A DNA stretch of 63,055 nucleotides, counting the filler, from Octopus bimaculoides (taxonomy: Eukaryota): assembly GCF_001194135.2 (NCBI RefSeq). It is 6 parts of 5 records of this genome, joined end to end, with 100 filler letters (N's around TTAATTAATTAA, not from the genome) between each part and the next. Parts side by side here need not be neighbours in the genome. Positions count along the whole stretch, not along the records: positions 58,721 to 63,055 come from NC_068989.1; 5 more parts are not named here. One strand, given 5' to 3'. Below are positions 61,068 through 63,055 of this stretch, one piece after another. The number at the start of each line of letters is the position of its first letter. The stretch's first letter is position 1. The position numbers were made by a program, and so were the translations under genes. A model generated the notes under the pieces. It ran no database searches, had not been told where the DNA came from, and saw only the letters and a program-made list of their open reading frames with translations.

Positions 61068-61283
61068 TTTAGATAAGAACTAAAACCTGATCCATTGAAA
61101 ATACTTTATGATGACATATGACCATTTCGATGCAATATCCAGATCGATTTATGCATATTATAAAATATTATAAAACATTATAAAATATAATATGCATGAA
61201 TCGATCTGGATATTGCATCGAAATGATCATAGGTCATCATAGTAAAGGATTTTCAATGGATCAGGTTTTAGCTCTCATTTAAA
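61068..61283. mobile_element. Long hairpin / MITE-like element with ~90-bp inverted arms
   Basis: ctaaaacctgatccattgaaaat...tcgatgcaatatccagatcgat pairs with atcgatctggatattgcatcga...attttcaatggatcaggttttag; AT-rich spacer. Confidence 0.8.
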
Positions 61284-61639
61284 TCGATATAAATACAAAA
61301 ACTTACTTGTGAGTATTTTGCTACGTTTGATAAGAGATACAATATTTTTGCCAAATTTTGGTATAAATCTATAAATACATACATACATACATACATATAT
61401 ACATACATACATATAAATATATATATATAGAAAGCAAAGTTATTTTATTCAATACGAGTAGAAATATAGGGAAAATAGAAGTTGAAAATGTACTGGGAAT
61501 AGTTTGAATAATTTTTTTTTATTATATTTAAAGATTTAAACGGTTTCCCAGTTTACACTGATTTTCAAAAAGTTGAAATAGAAAGACGTGGTTTATGTCG
61601 CAACTCTCTTGCTTATGACTAGTCTTTGAAGCATGTCCT

Positions 61640-62100
61640 ACTTTTACAGGGGAGTTCGTGGCTCAAATTAGTCTGTTTTGAATAGGACTTGATTGGCAGA
61701 GTATAGTCACATGACTGGTCTTTGAAATTTCTGTAGGCTCCCCGCTACGTCTATGTGTTACCAAGTAACAATGTTTGGCCTCGTAAGTTAAGGCTGACAC
61801 GGTTGAGTGAGCATTTTTAGTGACAGTTACCAAACAATCAATGTTCTGAATGTTTTCTGTCAAGTGTTTGTACAGAATGAACGCGTGATTAAGTTTAGAA
61901 CCTTTTCCACGTTTCTTGCTACGTCTGTGCGTTAGTGTCATGTGACACTATAATTTGCTCCTAAAATGAAGGCCGACAAGGTTGATTGAACATGTTTAGT
62001 TACAATCAAGGCACTCTAAATTTAATCTAATCGGTGGGAGAGCGGAGAGGAATCGTTTGTATGTGGTCCAGTGGCTAAAGTTTAAGGTGTTACCTGTATG
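61640..62100 (-). pseudogene. Penelope-like GIY-YIG remnant (tentative)
   Basis: Degenerate LECLDCN*T...LYKHL...HVTILCQS...RLI resembles PLE endonuclease motifs. Confidence 0.4.
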
Positions 62101-62329
62101 TTCCTCATTTTGTGTAGCAGAATGAGTTCTGAGTGAATAGTTACTTGTGTATGTACTCTATTAATCATGGTTTGCACTTCTGTGTGAAAATATTTTCCTT
62201 CTTTATCCGTGCTTCATCTGTGGTATTCACTGAACATAGGTAGAATAAGAAGACCTGGAAGACGGAGGACCTATTTTTGCACATATGTCTATGTCCACTC
62301 AGTGGAATTTCTCTAGCACTGGAGTCTCG

Positions 62330-62672
62330 TATTTGTTGTCCCACTATTAAGACAAGACCAAAGAATGAAACAAGCATTCAAAATACACAAAATAATAAAA
62401 AGGAAAAGACAATGAAGGTCCCTCAAAACATTCCTCACCAGCGCTAAGTTACCTTCCACAATCCCCATACTAACAGTTAAAAACTGTGGCCGCACCAATT
62501 GCGGGACTTGCATCAACCTTATTAAAGACACAACATAACAATTCAAATCAGGACAAATTCAAATACGCTATTAAATTTCAAGGATGTAATGAAGATTACA
62601 TAGGCCAAACAAAGCTTACTCTAAGAAATAGACTGACCATTCACCGACAACAAAATATACTGACATGTGACA
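62330..62672 (+). pseudogene. Penelope-like (Neptune-like) Zn-finger linker plus GIY-YIG remnant
   Basis: VKNCGRTNCGTC...YAIKFQGCNEDYIGQTKLTLRNRLTIHRQQ. Confidence 0.8.
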
Positions 62673-62680
62673 CTAACGGA

Positions 62681-62943
62681 CAGACGTCCACATCGAGCAC
62701 TACAGATCTACCAGGACGAGGCTCGTCTTTTCGGCTGTAATTTCCGGTTCGGAATTTTCAGAAAAATCGTTGATACTGGCTTACGCTTATTGTCCGATTC
62801 TCAAATACTGCATTAATATTCCTCCCACTTTCCATTGCGTTGTTGCATTTATTGAACTCATAAAGCAAAATATACCGAACATGCTCCTTTGTCACTTCCA
62901 TTATAGCTTTGAAAAAATAACTGTTAAAATCGAACTGCACTCT
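62681..62943 (-). mobile_element. 5' fragment of the same mariner family as 8810-10022
   Basis: MEVTKEHVRYILLYEFNKCNN...RTISVSQYQR aligns to MTKGHTRHIFLYEFNKGKN... Confidence 0.85.
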
Positions 62944-63016
62944 TCAAACCTTGGACTTAAGAATGGGTTAGCTGCCGAAACTTTGAAGTCACTCAACAAT
63001 ATTTTTTATATAAGAA

Positions 63017-63055
<39 letters not shown>

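Overview
Eukaryotic, repeat-saturated genomic scaffold with about 28 N-gaps (roughly 15% of the window). The SINE families and the extreme (TA)n/(CA)n/(GA)n density resemble octopus or another cephalopod; this is inference, not verified. There is no intact long ORF, and no rRNA, true tRNA gene or CRISPR array. Supported content: a decayed Ty3/Gypsy gag-pol body (14.1-18.5 kb, minus strand); decayed mariner (DD34D) and Tc1/maT-type (DD37D-like) elements; several MITEs (hAT with an 8-bp TSD, piggyBac-like, mariner-derived, long hairpins); CR1/L2-like and RTE LINE remnants; at least five Penelope-like (GIY-YIG) remnants; and more than 25 tRNA-derived SINE copies from at least three families. The most notable signal is a dense set of minimal type I hammerhead-ribozyme motifs from several unrelated families. 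These include two separate divergent inverted twin-hammerhead elements (30.1 kb and 31.3-31.8 kb) and a roughly 200-bp hammerhead-carrying element dispersed in (TA)n tracts. A few short exon candidates on each strand form phase-compatible chains and may belong to an unannotated host gene (low confidence). All coordinates were read by eye and may be off by a few bases.
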